Part shown: positions 1 through 12,234 of the stretch, one piece after another
How positions within the stretch are numbered: the first letter of the stretch is position 1
How the letters are laid out: each line of letters starts with the position of its first letter
Assembly: GCA_002269645.1 (NCBI GenBank)
Contig: NIVC01000659.1
Location: forward strand, 372,001 to 436,000
DNA length: 64,000 bases
Source: Macrostomum lignano
Taxonomy: Eukaryota
Reading direction: 5' to 3'
Translations under genes and position numbers: made by a program
The notes under the pieces: model-generated
The model's input: the letters and a program-made list of their open reading frames with translations, nothing else
What the model was told of the DNA's origin: nothing
The model's database searches: none

Positions 1-1768
1 GAAATTGCCAAGCTGTATCAATAGACTCAGATATGAGATTGTACACATCATTAGAGTGTGTCAGTCGGTGTCACCCACAGAAAGAATCGTGTGTCTAGCT
101 TAATCTGCTTTCCAGATATTCGCAGGCGGAGATTCCGGAAAATTCCTATACATTTAAATGGGGAAATCCAGGAAAATCAATCAGAAATTGCCAAGCTGTA
201 TCAATAGACTCAGATATGAGATTGTACACATCATTAGAGTGTGCCAGTCGGTGTCACCCGCAGAAAGAATCGTGTGTCTAGCTTAATCTGCTTTCCAGAT
301 ATTCGCAGGCGGAGATTCCGGAAAATTCCTATACATTTAAATGGGGAAATCCAGGAAAATCAATCAGAAATTGCCCAGCTGTATCAATAGACTCAGATAT
401 GAGATTGTACACATCATTAGAGTGTGTCAGTCGGTGTCACCCGCAGAAAGAATCGTGTGTCTAGCTTAATCTGCTTTCCAGATATTCGCAGGCGGAGATT
501 CCGGAAAATTCCTATACATTTAAATGGGGAAATCCAGGAAAATCAATCAGAAATTGCCCAGCTGTATCAATAGACTCAGATATGAGATTGTACACATCAT
601 TAGAGTGTGCCAGTCGGTGTCACCCGCAGAAAGAATCGTGTGTCTAGCTTAATCTGCTTTCCAGATATTCGCAGGCGGAGATTCCGGAAAATTCCTATAC
701 ATTTAAATGGGGAAATCCAGGAAAATCAATCAGAAATTGCCAAGCTGTATCAATAGACTCAGATATGAGATTGTACACATCATTAGAGTGTGTCAGTCGG
801 TGTCACCCGCAGAAAGAATCGTGTGTCTAGCTTAATCTGCTTTCCAGATATTCGCAGGCGGAGATTCCGGAAAATTCCTATACATTTAAATGGGGAAATC
901 CAGGAAAATCAATCAGAAATTGCCAAGCTGTATCAATAGACTCAGATATGAGATTGTACACATCATTAGAGTGTGTCAGTCGGTGTCACCCGCAGAAAGA
1001 ATCGTGTGTCTAGCTTAATCTGCTTTCCAGATATTCGCAGGCGGAGATTCCGGAAAATTCCTATACATTTAAATGGGGAAATCCAGGAAAATCAATCAGA
1101 AATTGCCAAGCTGTATCAATAGACTCAGATATGAGATTGTACACATCATTAGAGTGTGCCAGTCGGTGTCACCCGCAGAAAGAATCGTGTGTCTAGCTTA
1201 ATCTGCTTTCCAGATATTCGCAGGCGGAGATTCCGGAAAATTCCTATACATTTAAATGGGGAAATCCAGGAAAATCAATCAGAAATTGCCAAGCTGTATC
1301 AATAGACTCAGATATGAGATTGTACACATCATTAGAGTGTGCCAGTCGGTGTCACCCGCAGAAAGAATCGTGTGTCTAGCTTAATCTGCTTTCCAGATAT
1401 TCGCAGGCGGAGATTCCGGAAAATTCCTATACATTTAAATGGGGAAATCCAGGAAAATCAATCAGAAATTGCCAAGCTGTATCAATAGACTCAGATATGA
1501 GATTGTACACATCATTAGAGTGTGCCAGTCGGTGTCACCCGCAGAAAGAATCGTGTGTCTAGCTTAATCTGCTTTCCAGATATTCGCAGGCGGAGATTCC
1601 GGAAAATTCCTATACATTTAAATGGGGAAATCCAGGAAAATCAATCAGAAATTGCCAAGCTGTATCAATAGACTCAGATATGAGATTGTACACATCATTA
1701 GAGTGTGCCAGTCGGTGTCACCCGCAGAAAGAATCGTGTGTCTAGCTTAATCTGCTTTCCAGATATTC
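1..1768. repeat. 183-bp tandem satellite, about 9.7 near-identical copies visible (continues off the left edge)
   Basis: Unit start gaaattgcc recurs at 1, 184, 367, 550, 733, 916, 1099, 1282, 1465 and 1648. Only a few SNP variants are seen (ccaag/cccag, gtgtc/gtgcc). The array ends at ...ccagatattcg. Confidence 0.98.
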
Positions 1769-3023
1769 GTTTTTCAAAGGCGGAGTTTTTATTAATTTGT
1801 TTATTTTTATTTATTTTCAATTTCGCGCTGCAGGCGCTGATTTGTTGCCCTGCAGCAAATACATGTGTGCAAAGCAGTAAAAACCAAAAGTAAGAGTAAA
1901 AAAATAAGCAAAAAAGTGCAAAATGTGGATGGGCCAGATACCATTGCTGCTTCCCACTTAAAAAAGTGGGGGAAGCCATGCCTTACTGTCCTCGCCCCGT
2001 TTCTTCACCTATAATTTGGATTTAATAATAATTTTTAATTTTAATTTTAATTTTAGATTTAATTTTTAGTATATTTTCATTGACAATTTACTGTCTCTTT
2101 GCATGCCCACAAACGGTTTCTGACGTTGGGTTGTAAATTACAGAAACAATATGCATGGTAAGAATAGAGAATATACTATGAAAATGAAGCATTTTTGGAA
2201 GTGCTGTGTTTGTTACAGGGGCATTGCAATCAATATACATACAAACATACATTCGTGCTTTAAGTGTGCTGCGTTCGAGAGCAGTAATTTGTCTACTCGT
2301 GTACACACAAAATTCGCAGTATACTTCTAATTGAAATATAATTTTGCATTACTCAAAAGTAACAAGGGCGAACCTCGTTGGACTCACAAAAGTGCTGACT
2401 TTTTCCCCTCTGCTTCCTAACTGGCACCAAAGATGCTATCTTTAGAAGAACTCCTTTGCTTTGGGGCCCAAATCTAAGTTGATATTGCTATTCCCATGGC
2501 CTCAAATTTTTGACATCTACTCTGCCCCCCCCCTGTATCTATCTGCCCTCATAAGTATGAGCACCGAGTGGCAAAATTTATCAAAGCAGAAGCTTTACAA
2601 CTTTAAGTCAGAGGCAGTCTAGTTGTATGTGCTATCAGAATAAAAAGGGGATACTTGGATTGGGCCTGTCCAAGGAATCCTCTATACCTATTTCTACCTT
2701 TCCTTTTAAATCTTGTAAAAGAAGATTTCTTTGAAGCATTTCTAGAGAAAGGGCTTCGGTATAGACGATTCATTAGCCTGTCACCACTAGCCCTGTCCCA
2801 GGGAAGAAAGCCTGGAGTGGAGTGAACAAAGAGGCAAGCCTGGGAAGGGGGCACTAAGGGTCCCATAGTATTTTTTGCCGTTGGGCAGATGTTACCTCTA
2901 GTCAAGCTCGCAAATAAAGTGGAAGAATGCTTTATAATATTTAGACTAAGCTAAGCTGGTCTGTGATTTAGACTGATGAAACGAGCACACACAACAAACT
3001 GGGGGCTGAGTGGGGGGTTGTGG

Positions 3024-3339
3024 CACAGACCATATAGAATATAGACTGCGAATCTCGGGGGCCTGCCCAGGCGCGTTGTGGGACAAAAAACAACACAAAA
3101 ATGGTCCTTCCCCCAAAGCCCCACTTCGATCGATATGTGGTACAAAAAATTAGGCTGTCTCTTTTCTAGCGGGCCAGTGCTTGAAATTTACTCAGTATAA
3201 AGGGTGTTAAAACCCCCGGGGAGGCAAAAAAATAGTTCCTTGCAAAAAGGGGAAGGACTATTTTTGTGTTGCTTTCTTGTCCCACAACGGGCCTGGGCAG
3301 GCCCCCGAGATTCGCAGTCTATATTCTATATGGTCTGTG
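3024..3339. mobile_element. MITE with about 90-bp terminal inverted repeats and CACAG...CTGTG termini (CMC/EnSpm-like)
   Basis: 3024-3115 (cacagaccatatagaatatagactgcgaatctcgggggcctgcccagg...) is the reverse complement of about 3249-3339 with 4-5 mismatches. GG flanks both ends, a possible 2-bp TSD. Confidence 0.85.
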
Positions 3340-5021
3340 GGTTGCAGGAGGCTTGAGAGGGGAGGGAGTGAGGGAAAAAAGGAAATAGAGATCTAGAACT
3401 AGAACCTAGAAACTAGAGAAGAGAAGAGAAGTAGAGAAGAGTTCTAGATCTCTATGGAAAAAAGCACACTCGAAAACAAGCTTGTAAAAGAAACTAGCTT
3501 GGGCGTGATTGTACCCAATACGAATGATTTATGTGATAACTCGAATATGAAATTGAATGCTACAGTGCTTCTCAGTCCCAAATATGAATGGTATGACTGC
3601 TCTGGTTCTCACTTCTCAGTCCCTGATTGAACCAACTTTGACTCTTGCCTTCGTTGATCGTTATCGCTCCCTTCTTTCTTTTCACAATGAAGTAAGAAAC
3701 ACAGCGAACACTCCCAGTGCACAGTCACTGCGAACCCTGGACATTGACAAGGCTTATATTCGTTATTTTGGGAGCCAGACTCCACACTGTAACGTTTCTG
3801 GCCTGGCCCACAAAGGCAATAAATCACTTCTAAATAAAGAAGTTTGTGGAAACATATCTACATATTTACGCATGGATCGAATGGATTCAATAGTCAAATA
3901 GGTACGCCATGTCTGTTGTGTAGTAGAATTGAGGCAGCGATTCAACAAAGCGAAACAAACTCACTTACTCACTCACTCTTGTTCACTTATTCTATTTCTT
4001 TTCCCCATATAGACAGCTATTTTGAAAGCAACATCGATACATCACATCAATGAGACTTTTTTAGCACAGCAAATCTGCATACATTTGTGTATAAAAATAT
4101 AATTCTCATTTTCGTTAGCGCTTTGTTTGTGCTACAGGCCATCTGGTCCTAAAGCTTCTGGGAGTTCTTTGCCTCATAAACTGAAGAGTTGTAGGTCTTT
4201 GTTCCAAATATGATATATGGAGAGCGGGAGACTGATTCAAGGAGATCTAAATATATAAGTATTTTCTAGTTCAAGATTTCTTTGACTGATTATATCGTGA
4301 CCTGAGCGGCGGACCCGCATTTTTTGGTTTATAGCTGCCGCGGGCGTCAGCCAGGCAAGCTCTGGCAATGCGCGGTCTCTTGAAATATCCTAGTCAATCT
4401 GGACTTGCAACCAAATTCTGATTGGGCTTTTTCCTCAAGCTGGGGCCTGGCAAACTGTGGGAAGGGATGCGGGTTGAGGAAAAGGCAATGCACCGACTAG
4501 CTATGCTGCATTTGCATATGCTATACGAAACTATAGCTTTTTCTTTTCGTAATTTTTTCTTTTGAAACGTGGAGCAAACAACCCAGCAAGTTTAAACCTG
4601 GAGTATTTGTGAATAGAAGATGCATGGAGCATGATCAATTCAAATGCAGTAGTAGCTAGCTACCTTAATAGCCAGACACAAATAACATACAGAAAATAAC
4701 CTACGTAGAAATGCATACAGGATTGATAGATAAAAAACATGTAGTTAGAGTTTATTGAGACAGCGGCTTCGGTCAGGTCGCTAGACTTGCTGGACGGGAT
4801 CGCAGCGCTCGCAGCTTTAGCAATCCTGAACACTCTGCCGATAGAAGAAGCGACCTGTAGATGGATAAGGAGCAAAAGTCTATAGGCTATAAGTCTAAAA
4901 CTATAGCATATATATAGTATATATTATTTCTTTCTTTCTAGATTTATTATCTTTTTTTAAACTAACGCTCTATTTACAGAAAAATATGAATTAGAGAGAC
5001 TTACATAAAGCACAGAAACGG

Positions 5022-6977
5022 CTAATCGTTTTGCCCTGTCATGGGAATGACGTTATAGAATTCGCCGTCGGCTTCAGAAGCCGCCAGTGTAATATTCTTC
5101 GGAAGCAACCAACATTTCCGCTCCGGACGGCCAGTTGCGATTTCGGATGTAACCTGATAAATCCCAATCCCAAGTTCCAGTGAATTGAAGGGATATGTGT
5201 ACAGATTATCGCATGCCTGAAGCACTCGGCCAGTCACCATGCCATCGGATTTTACTTCATCGATAAGAATAAAAGTTGTCCCAATGATGCAACAATTGTT
5301 TCCCTTCTTCGTGCTAAATTCCAGAGTCGTTTTAGTAGGCTCTCTGAGATACATGTTCCGTACTTTTAAAACTTGCCGGACTGAATGAGCAGCAAGATGC
5401 CTGGTGACTTTGACCTTTCGCTTGATGGCTCCCAAATAGTTTTCATATGCAAAAGTACTGAAATTGTTTAAATTACCCAGTCTTCTAACAAACTGGTCAA
5501 GATGAAGAAGTGCGTGGATGTTATAACTAATTGACTTCTGTCCAAACAGTTTCGACATCTGCTCAACAAATACCTCGATGCAGCTTTTTGCAGAATCCCA
5601 CATATTTGCATGTCTTTCCGCTGAATAGCAGTATACAGCGAAGTGCAGGAGGAGAAAATTTTTGTAGAATTTTTCTTTAAGATATCCCTTGAATATCACA
5701 GGGCCTAAATATAGGATAAATTGTCTAAACTCCGTCGCCTTAAAAAACCTTAAGCACTTATCAATACGGCGTGGTCTTCTCTGGAAGTTTGATGGCGTCC
5801 AGCTGGCAATTGCGGCAATGTAGTCAGACAAAGGCTTCATATGCCTGCGACCGAAGCGACAGCCTCCTTCTCCAAAGTAATAGTGCATTAGCTTTCTTAC
5901 TGCTCCCAGACAAACAGCATGTTGAAAGTCTAACGGAAAACAGTTGACGAAGTCTATGTTGGGCAAGCACAGAAGTGGTGATTTGAGGATTGCACCTGTA
6001 GCATCTCTTTTTAGATTGTCCTCTAATAGGGAGCGATAATCTTTTCCGCATCTACTCTGACCAACGGTTACGGAAAAAGTTACTCTCCCTTCGGCACGAG
6101 AACCCACAGCTCGACAATAACTACACCCCGAGTAGCTTGTGTGACCCATTGTACACATCAAAAAGCTGCGCGCAGGTGTATCAACAACAAAATAAATTGT
6201 GGAGAACATTATGCTGACCTTCTCGTTGATTTTCACTGGACCAGATAGAAATCTTTTCGCTTCTTCGCAAAACTGTTGCAGGTACTCTTGTAATGGAGGC
6301 TTTCCAGAGCCAGCCCATACAGCCACTGGAAACGGCTTTGCGAATGCGGATTGAATCTTCATAAGCAATGGCCACAGACCAAAGAGACTGGATCTATATA
6401 GTGGAATTCCATCACTGTTTAAAAATGCGTCGAATTTGTACACCTTTGTTGGACCTTGATGCTGCAAATTTTCTGGTCGAAGGGTCAACAAATTTTTTGA
6501 AAGCAGCAGTTGCAGATTCTCTAGAATGGACACATAGCGAAAGTGCCCGTCTCCCATGGCCAACAAGTCCCCAGTAGGACAGTCTTCTCTAGCCAGTCGT
6601 TCGATCTTGGTTACGGACTTTGAGACAGGCAAACCAATGTCGCATAATCCGGCTAACAGAAAAGCCATGGCGTCACGAGAAATGTTGTAGGTCGTGAAGA
6701 AAAGCACAAGCAGTGCCTCCAGCTTCTCTTCCAATGGCCGATTATCCTCATCCTTGTCGTTCTCCATGTCTTCGTCACTTTCACTTATCGACTGCAAGTC
6801 GTCGAACTCTACACCACCGAAATCTTCTTCATTGTCTCCTTTAACTTCCTGGACACTGGGCTCAATAGAGGCATACTCTAGTGTTTTGCAGTCTACGTCA
6901 CAGTCATCGCAGTCATCATCTTTAAATAATGCTAGCAAACGCTTGCTCGTCAATCGTCTCACTTTCCGAGAAGCCAT
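5022..6977 (-). CDS. CACTA/EnSpm (CMC) DDE transposase, intronless, about 651 aa from ATG 6977
   Basis: Motifs typical of animal EnSpm transposases: NSDGIPLYRSS-LWP (first D), VVDTPARSF..GH..Y.GC..C (second D), LDFQHAVCLG, FKATEFRQF, LLLHFAV, YNIHALLHL and STFAYENYLG (E). No internal stops. Confidence 0.88.
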   Translation of the reverse strand: MASRKVRRLTSKRLLALFKDDDCDDCDVDCKTLEYASIEPSVQEVKGDNEEDFGGVEFDDLQSISESDEDMENDKDEDNRPLEEKLEALLVLFFTTYNISRDAMAFLLAGLCDIGLPVSKSVTKIERLAREDCPTGDLLAMGDGHFRYVSILENLQLLLSKNLLTLRPENLQHQGPTKVYKFDAFLNSDGIPLYRSSLFGLWPLLMKIQSAFAKPFPVAVWAGSGKPPLQEYLQQFCEEAKRFLSGPVKINEKVSIMFSTIYFVVDTPARSFLMCTMGHTSYSGCSYCRAVGSRAEGRVTFSVTVGQSRCGKDYRSLLEDNLKRDATGAILKSPLLCLPNIDFVNCFPLDFQHAVCLGAVRKLMHYYFGEGGCRFGRRHMKPLSDYIAAIASWTPSNFQRRPRRIDKCLRFFKATEFRQFILYLGPVIFKGYLKEKFYKNFLLLHFAVYCYSAERHANMWDSAKSCIEVFVEQMSKLFGQKSISYNIHALLHLDQFVRRLGNLNNFSTFAYENYLGAIKRKVKVTRHLAAHSVRQVLKVRNMYLREPTKTTLEFSTKKGNNCCIIGTTFILIDEVKSDGMVTGRVLQACDNLYTYPFNSLELGIGIYQVTSEIATGRPERKCWLLPKNITLAASEADGEFYNVIPMTGQND

Positions 6978-7316
6978 CAATGATGTGGCCAAAATCGAAT
7001 GATAAATTAAGTGAAAGTAAATTATGGCTTTAGTAAAAATGCAATCAAGCAATCAACTATAAATCAACTACAACTATCTAACGGTCAAGCTAACTCTCAA
7101 GAATTATTCATTGGCATTGGTTGCGGAATATTCACAACCGACCAATGAGAGGGCAGGAGAATTCGCTTCCCAATTCTCCCCCTAGCAAAATATATTTTCA
7201 GTCCCACTCCGCCACCAAATAGTAAGCTTTGATTTTCGTGTTGTTCACTGAGTCGCAAATAGGCGTTTAAAATTTTATATTTCCATAATCAGACTTTTTT
7301 CAAAATTTGCCACATT
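6978..7316. promoter_or_regulatory. Putative bidirectional promoter of the transposon
   Basis: Lies between two divergent ATGs. ATTGG at 7110 and 7116 and CCAAT at 7142 give CCAAT boxes in both orientations. Confidence 0.45.
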
Positions 7317-9819
7317 ATGAAATTTCTAGTAATTTTCGAAGCCGACAGGCAGGTTATTGAAGTGACAGAAGCAGAGGTACAGCTACTTCCTTGTGTATTA
7401 AAAAATCCATCGGTAGCCGAATTGCTACTCTTGAAGGACAGTGAAGAGAGGTGGCACTGCGAAGCGAAGTACGAGGGAAAGTTCTTCACAGCTGAAGTCC
7501 TTCAGGTCAGTTGCTTTTTTACTTTCAATTTCATCTCCTCATCACAGTTTGTTGATATCTGTCTCATATCATCTCCGTCTTATCAGACAGCAGTCAGTCA
7601 GAAAAAAGTAACATTTATTTTTTTAAATGAAAAACTTACAGGTGATTCTGCACAACTATCTGGAGCCTCCGAGCCTACGCTTTGCCCGAGACCTCGTGTC
7701 CAGAAAGCGGACAATCGCCGAAGTCATCCGCCAAATTAGACCAAGAATATTCTCGGCTGATGACATGCGACAAGCACGACGTAGCTTTCAATGTGCAGTG
7801 AGTTAATACATTTTTTCTTAATTTGTAAACCTCCCTCACTCTGACCCTCTTCAGCTCTCCCTCTCAGAGACAAGAAGTTAAAGATATTGCAGTGCTGTGT
7901 CGCAGTCTGCAGACTGAAAAGCTAGTGTACTTTATTCTCTAATTTTATCTAAATTAACAGGACATGTCCTTCGGTTCCGCTTCCGACACGGATCACTTCT
8001 TCAATGGTCGGAAAGAAGCAGCCGTACAGTTGCTTCCGTTGCAGCTACCCGACCAAGCTATGCCTGAGACGGTGGCAAAACTTTGTCCACTGCCAGCTGC
8101 TGCAACATCACCAGCTGCATCCACCATCCCGAAACCGGCTAACAATGCATCAGTAGCAGGAGCGGCGCTCGCAAAATTGGCGGCAGCTAAGGCGGCAGCC
8201 GCTGCAGCAGCAGCAGTAGCGAAAGCAGCAGCAGAAGCGGAAGCAACAGCGGAAACGGAAGCAGCAGCGGAAGCGGAAGCAACAGCGGAAGCTGAAGCAG
8301 CAGCGGATGCAACAGCGGAAGCGGAAGCAACAGCGGAAGCTGAAGCAGCAGCGGATGCAACAGCGGAAGCGGAAGCAACAGCGGAAGCTGAAGCAGCAGC
8401 GGATGCAACAGCGGAAGCGGAAGCGGAAATGGCAGCGGAAGCGGAAGCAGCAGCGGCAGCTCAAGATGGCACGGCTGCGGCGGCGCCAGTGAACTTTGGG
8501 CGCTTCTCTGGTAAGGCCGTCAAAGGCCTTGAACAGCAAATTCAGTCCCTACTAGATTTTCCACTGGAAAGCAATCGCGGCATCTTGTTTGTTGCTCTGT
8601 CGGTCCTTCGCGAGACTGCCCTGAAGTTCCAACAGATGGAAGCCCGGCAGAACCGATGTTTAGCCGAGCTGTCCACTGTCAAAGAAGAGCTGCAGCTGCT
8701 GCGGCTGACTATAACCCGGGGCCAGCAGCCAACAGAAGAGGAAATAAAGTTCTGGCCCATCGCTTCATGGGAAGCATATGTTCAGTACGCTCAGAATGCG
8801 CCTGCAGAGTGGACGTTAGAGTTGGTGAGTACATTACTTATATAGTAATAAATTTTAATTCCGTTTCTTACTTCATCAGAAATCAACCACTCAAAACCAA
8901 CAGAAAAAAGTGCTGCCGAGCCGAAAAATGAGGACTGCCGCAGATACGATGCGATCTATGATCGACACCTGCTTGACTGCGGAGATGCAGGCCGCAGTCA
9001 ATTTCAGCGGACAAGGCCTGCGGGCTAAGTGCAGGGAGGCTGGCGTGCTGACTGAGCTGTCCGACTCAGCCCTTGGGTTCAAGTTCGTTCTGCTGCAACA
9101 TGTTCAAGGTAAGAAGCGGCCCGAATTCTGTTACTTTTGTTATTGAATTTCTTCAAAATAGTTTTATTTAGTGTAATTAAATCAGGTACTCAGCTAGGAT
9201 TTATTGAATGAGCAATATTAAAAAATACTGAATTTCGCCAAAGTTTGACGTGTAGGAAATCCTAACCGAAATAGTCTACTATTAGCAGTAGCAACAACTT
9301 GTTCAAGTTATTCTTTCACATAAAAATCACTCAGATGTTGCCACGAGCATTTACGGCGTCTCGATGGAGGCAGGCACTTTGACACTGCCTTTCGTGAGCA
9401 ATGCCTGCCGCGAGATTCTGCATCGAGGCGTCGACCGATTGTCGAAGAGGTCCCATCGACGGCGGTCCGACAATCCAACTGACGGTCCCTCTGCATCTGC
9501 GACTGCTTCCAGTTCAAATGTGGGAAGTTCATCCATCAGCCGCCTGCGTCTGCTAAGCAAGACGAATTCGCCGGCTGCTAATTGCTTGATGGCTGTCGCG
9601 GCGTCTGCCTCTCCGACGGCTTCAGTGATGCTAGCCAACACAAGTTCGCCAGTTGGCTCCGCTTCACACACACAGCCGAAGAGACCTGGCTCACAGCTCG
9701 CCAGTCGTCCGCCGCAAAAAAGACTTTCTTTGCACCGACCTCACCGAAGTGAATATGAACTGATGGAGTTGTCGGATGACGAGGCTTCGGACATTATGAA
9801 CGAATTTAGTGGTCTTTAA
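7317..9819 (+). CDS. Spliced accessory gene of the CACTA element (DUF4806-like C-terminus, Ala/Glu repeat, coiled coil), about 660 aa
   Basis: A phase-consistent GT-AG exon chain gives one open frame: 7317-7505, 7642-7797, 7868-7924, 7961-8824, 8880-9108, 9335-9819. The C-terminal region DTCLTAEMQAAVNFSG..FKFVLLQHVQDV..REILHRGVDRL resembles DUF4806 proteins that accompany animal EnSpm transposases (family call from recall). Confidence 0.65.
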
Positions 9820-10487
9820 AAGCCAGCATTCTCTTCCTTTATGTAAATATCTCTATATTTGTTCGACTATTTTTTTGCTTATTTTTATTTCCATTGAAAT
9901 TTTGAAATTTGTACAGCGACAACATTATACTATTTATCAAATCATTTCGGTTGCTATCTTGCATTTGCATTGCAGTGCATACTATGTATGTTATACGATA
10001 ATGTTTTTAACGATAATTTACATGAATTCATCAGCAAACTAATTCAGATTTAATTACCAATAAATATGAAGCTAAATTTATATCTACACAGAGATTGGAA
10101 GCTAAGAAATAGTTTATATTTTTGTCTATCTTTGATATGAAATTCATATATTGAAAGGATGGACGCTTAATTTGTACGAGTATATACTAACTCGAAGTGC
10201 ATGGGTGGGGAATGGAGCAGGATGGCGAGCTGCTGGTGGGAATTTCTACAGCCTAAAATATTTAAACGCGAATGACGAACGACATACGGCACACCCTACT
10301 TATAGTAGAGTAAAGGGAATTTATCTTCATTTTTTTTCTAGAAAGCGCCCGGCGCTATCCGGGGCGCCATCGGGGCGGTTGGACACAGAATGCGCCCAGG
10401 CGCAAGGTGCCCGACTGCTGGGCGTAGGATCTGGCGAACATTGGGGCGCACAGAAAATCCCCACTGGGTATGAGATGGACACTATGA

Positions 10488-10570
10488 GACAGACACTATG
10501 AGATAGACACTATGAGATGGACACAATAATATGGACACTATAAGACGGACACTATAAGGTGGACACTAAG
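10488..10570. repeat. Short degenerate array, about 14-bp unit (gacactatgagatg)
   Basis: About 6 imperfect copies seen directly. Confidence 0.8.
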
Positions 10571-11034
10571 ACAGACAAGCAGTTGGACTGAAACTGCTTA
10601 AAAAGAAGATTAAAAGCCAACAAAGAATAACTTTCTTCATTTCTAATCCCATATCCAATCTTCAAGCTCTCTTAAAATCCGATCTCTCCACAGCATATCA
10701 GTTTCATCAGAAAAAAATTAAATTCGCGTCACTTGTTTTACCATTCGGTGTCAAGTCAGAGCGGAATGATTTGAAGGTATTAACGATAGGAAAATTTAGT
10801 TTTCAATTATTCTAATTGCTAGACTGTTTTTTCCGAAAAAAATGATTTTTTTAATTTCCGGAAGACAATCGAGGTTTGTCGGCCACGATGAAAACAAGGC
10901 TGGAAAAGATGAAGATTTGATTATTTGAGTTTGTTTTTTGGTGCTGAGGGGTTGCCTGCCGACCCTGAGACCTGGTGGCTATATCTCAAATTAAATATTT
11001 TTTCCATAAAAAACAATAGGCTTACCTCCGATAA

Positions 11035-11036
11035 GC

Positions 11037-11089
<53 letters not shown>

Positions 11090-11158
11090 CCAAGACAGAA
11101 AAACAGACAGACACAGAAAGACAGACAGACAGACAGACAGACAGACAATAAGACACTA

Positions 11159-11223
<65 letters not shown>

Positions 11224-11348
11224 CACAGAAAGACAGACAGACAGACAAACAGACAGACAATAAGACACTAAGACAATAAGACACTAAGACACTAAGACAG
11301 ACAGACAGACAGACAGACACCAAGACAGAAAAACAGACAGACACAGAA

Positions 11349-11398
<50 letters not shown>

Positions 11399-11424
11399 TA
11401 AGACACTAAGACAATAAGACACTA

Positions 11425-11462
<38 letters not shown>

Positions 11463-11487
11463 TAAGACACTAAGACAATAGACACTA

Positions 11488-11550
<63 letters not shown>

Positions 11551-11565
11551 TACCAAGACAGAAAA

Positions 11566-11598
<33 letters not shown>

Positions 11599-11638
11599 TA
11601 CCAAGACAGAAAAACAGACAGACACACAGACAGATAGA
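11035..11638. repeat. (GACA)n compound microsatellite with aataagacacta interruptions
   Basis: Seen directly. Confidence 0.97.
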
Positions 11639-12234
11639 CCGGATGTCCCAGAGCAATGAAAATAAATGGTATTTCTGTTTCACTAGCATACTGGCAGTTC
11701 GTCCCGCCGTGTTCCCTTCCTCTAACATTTTTCTAAGTTGAAAAGCACCAAGATTGACACTCATACGCCGGTAGACCAAATCGATGGCTTTAGTTGTGAG
11801 CTTGTGCCGACGGCGCGTGAACTTCATCCACGCTTGGCTGAACATTCAAACAAATGCGAGCGAGCTGCAGAATCGCAATTGTGAAATTCAATATGATGAG
11901 ACTGCATTTTCAACTGGACTAAATTCAGGTTAACTACAGCGATCCTTTGATCTCAAAGCAGTGACAGGTATTGCGAAAAAACAAAGCAAAAGTCGGCACA
12001 CAGGCACAAGTTCACAACTTAACAACTTACACGCACTTATAGCATGTACAGGACAGCATTGATTTGATCAAAGTCAGGAAAGTTCAAACTCTGTGCTTTG
12101 TGGGTTGGCCTTCACGGGCGGGATTATTTTTTCCGCCCAGCCGAATCGAACTTGGGGACTCTGGGTGACTTTTACATTCTGAAATATCATCACTGACGAA
12201 AATGAATAAAATATTCCACGAGTCACGTTTAGTG

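Larger units (their letters stand above)
5022..9819. mobile_element. CACTA/EnSpm-type DNA transposon core (two divergent genes); termini not resolved
   Basis: The transposase (minus) and accessory gene (plus) are head-to-head, with ATGs 340 bp apart. Confidence 0.75.

Noticed and set aside
1-1768. CRISPR-like or RNA-gene array
   Set aside because: There are no unique spacers, the context is eukaryotic, and no 5S, tRNA or snRNA motif was recognised. The same holds for all other arrays.
4660-4875. Exon-like minus-strand segment downstream of the transposase
   Set aside because: An acceptor is present, but there is no partner exon or recognisable homology.
4582-10468. CCCAGCA (4582) / TGCTGGG (10422) and CCCAGTG (3713) / CACTGGG (10468) as CACTA TIRs
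   Set aside because: Only about 7-bp matches, and the flanking bases do not form a TSD.
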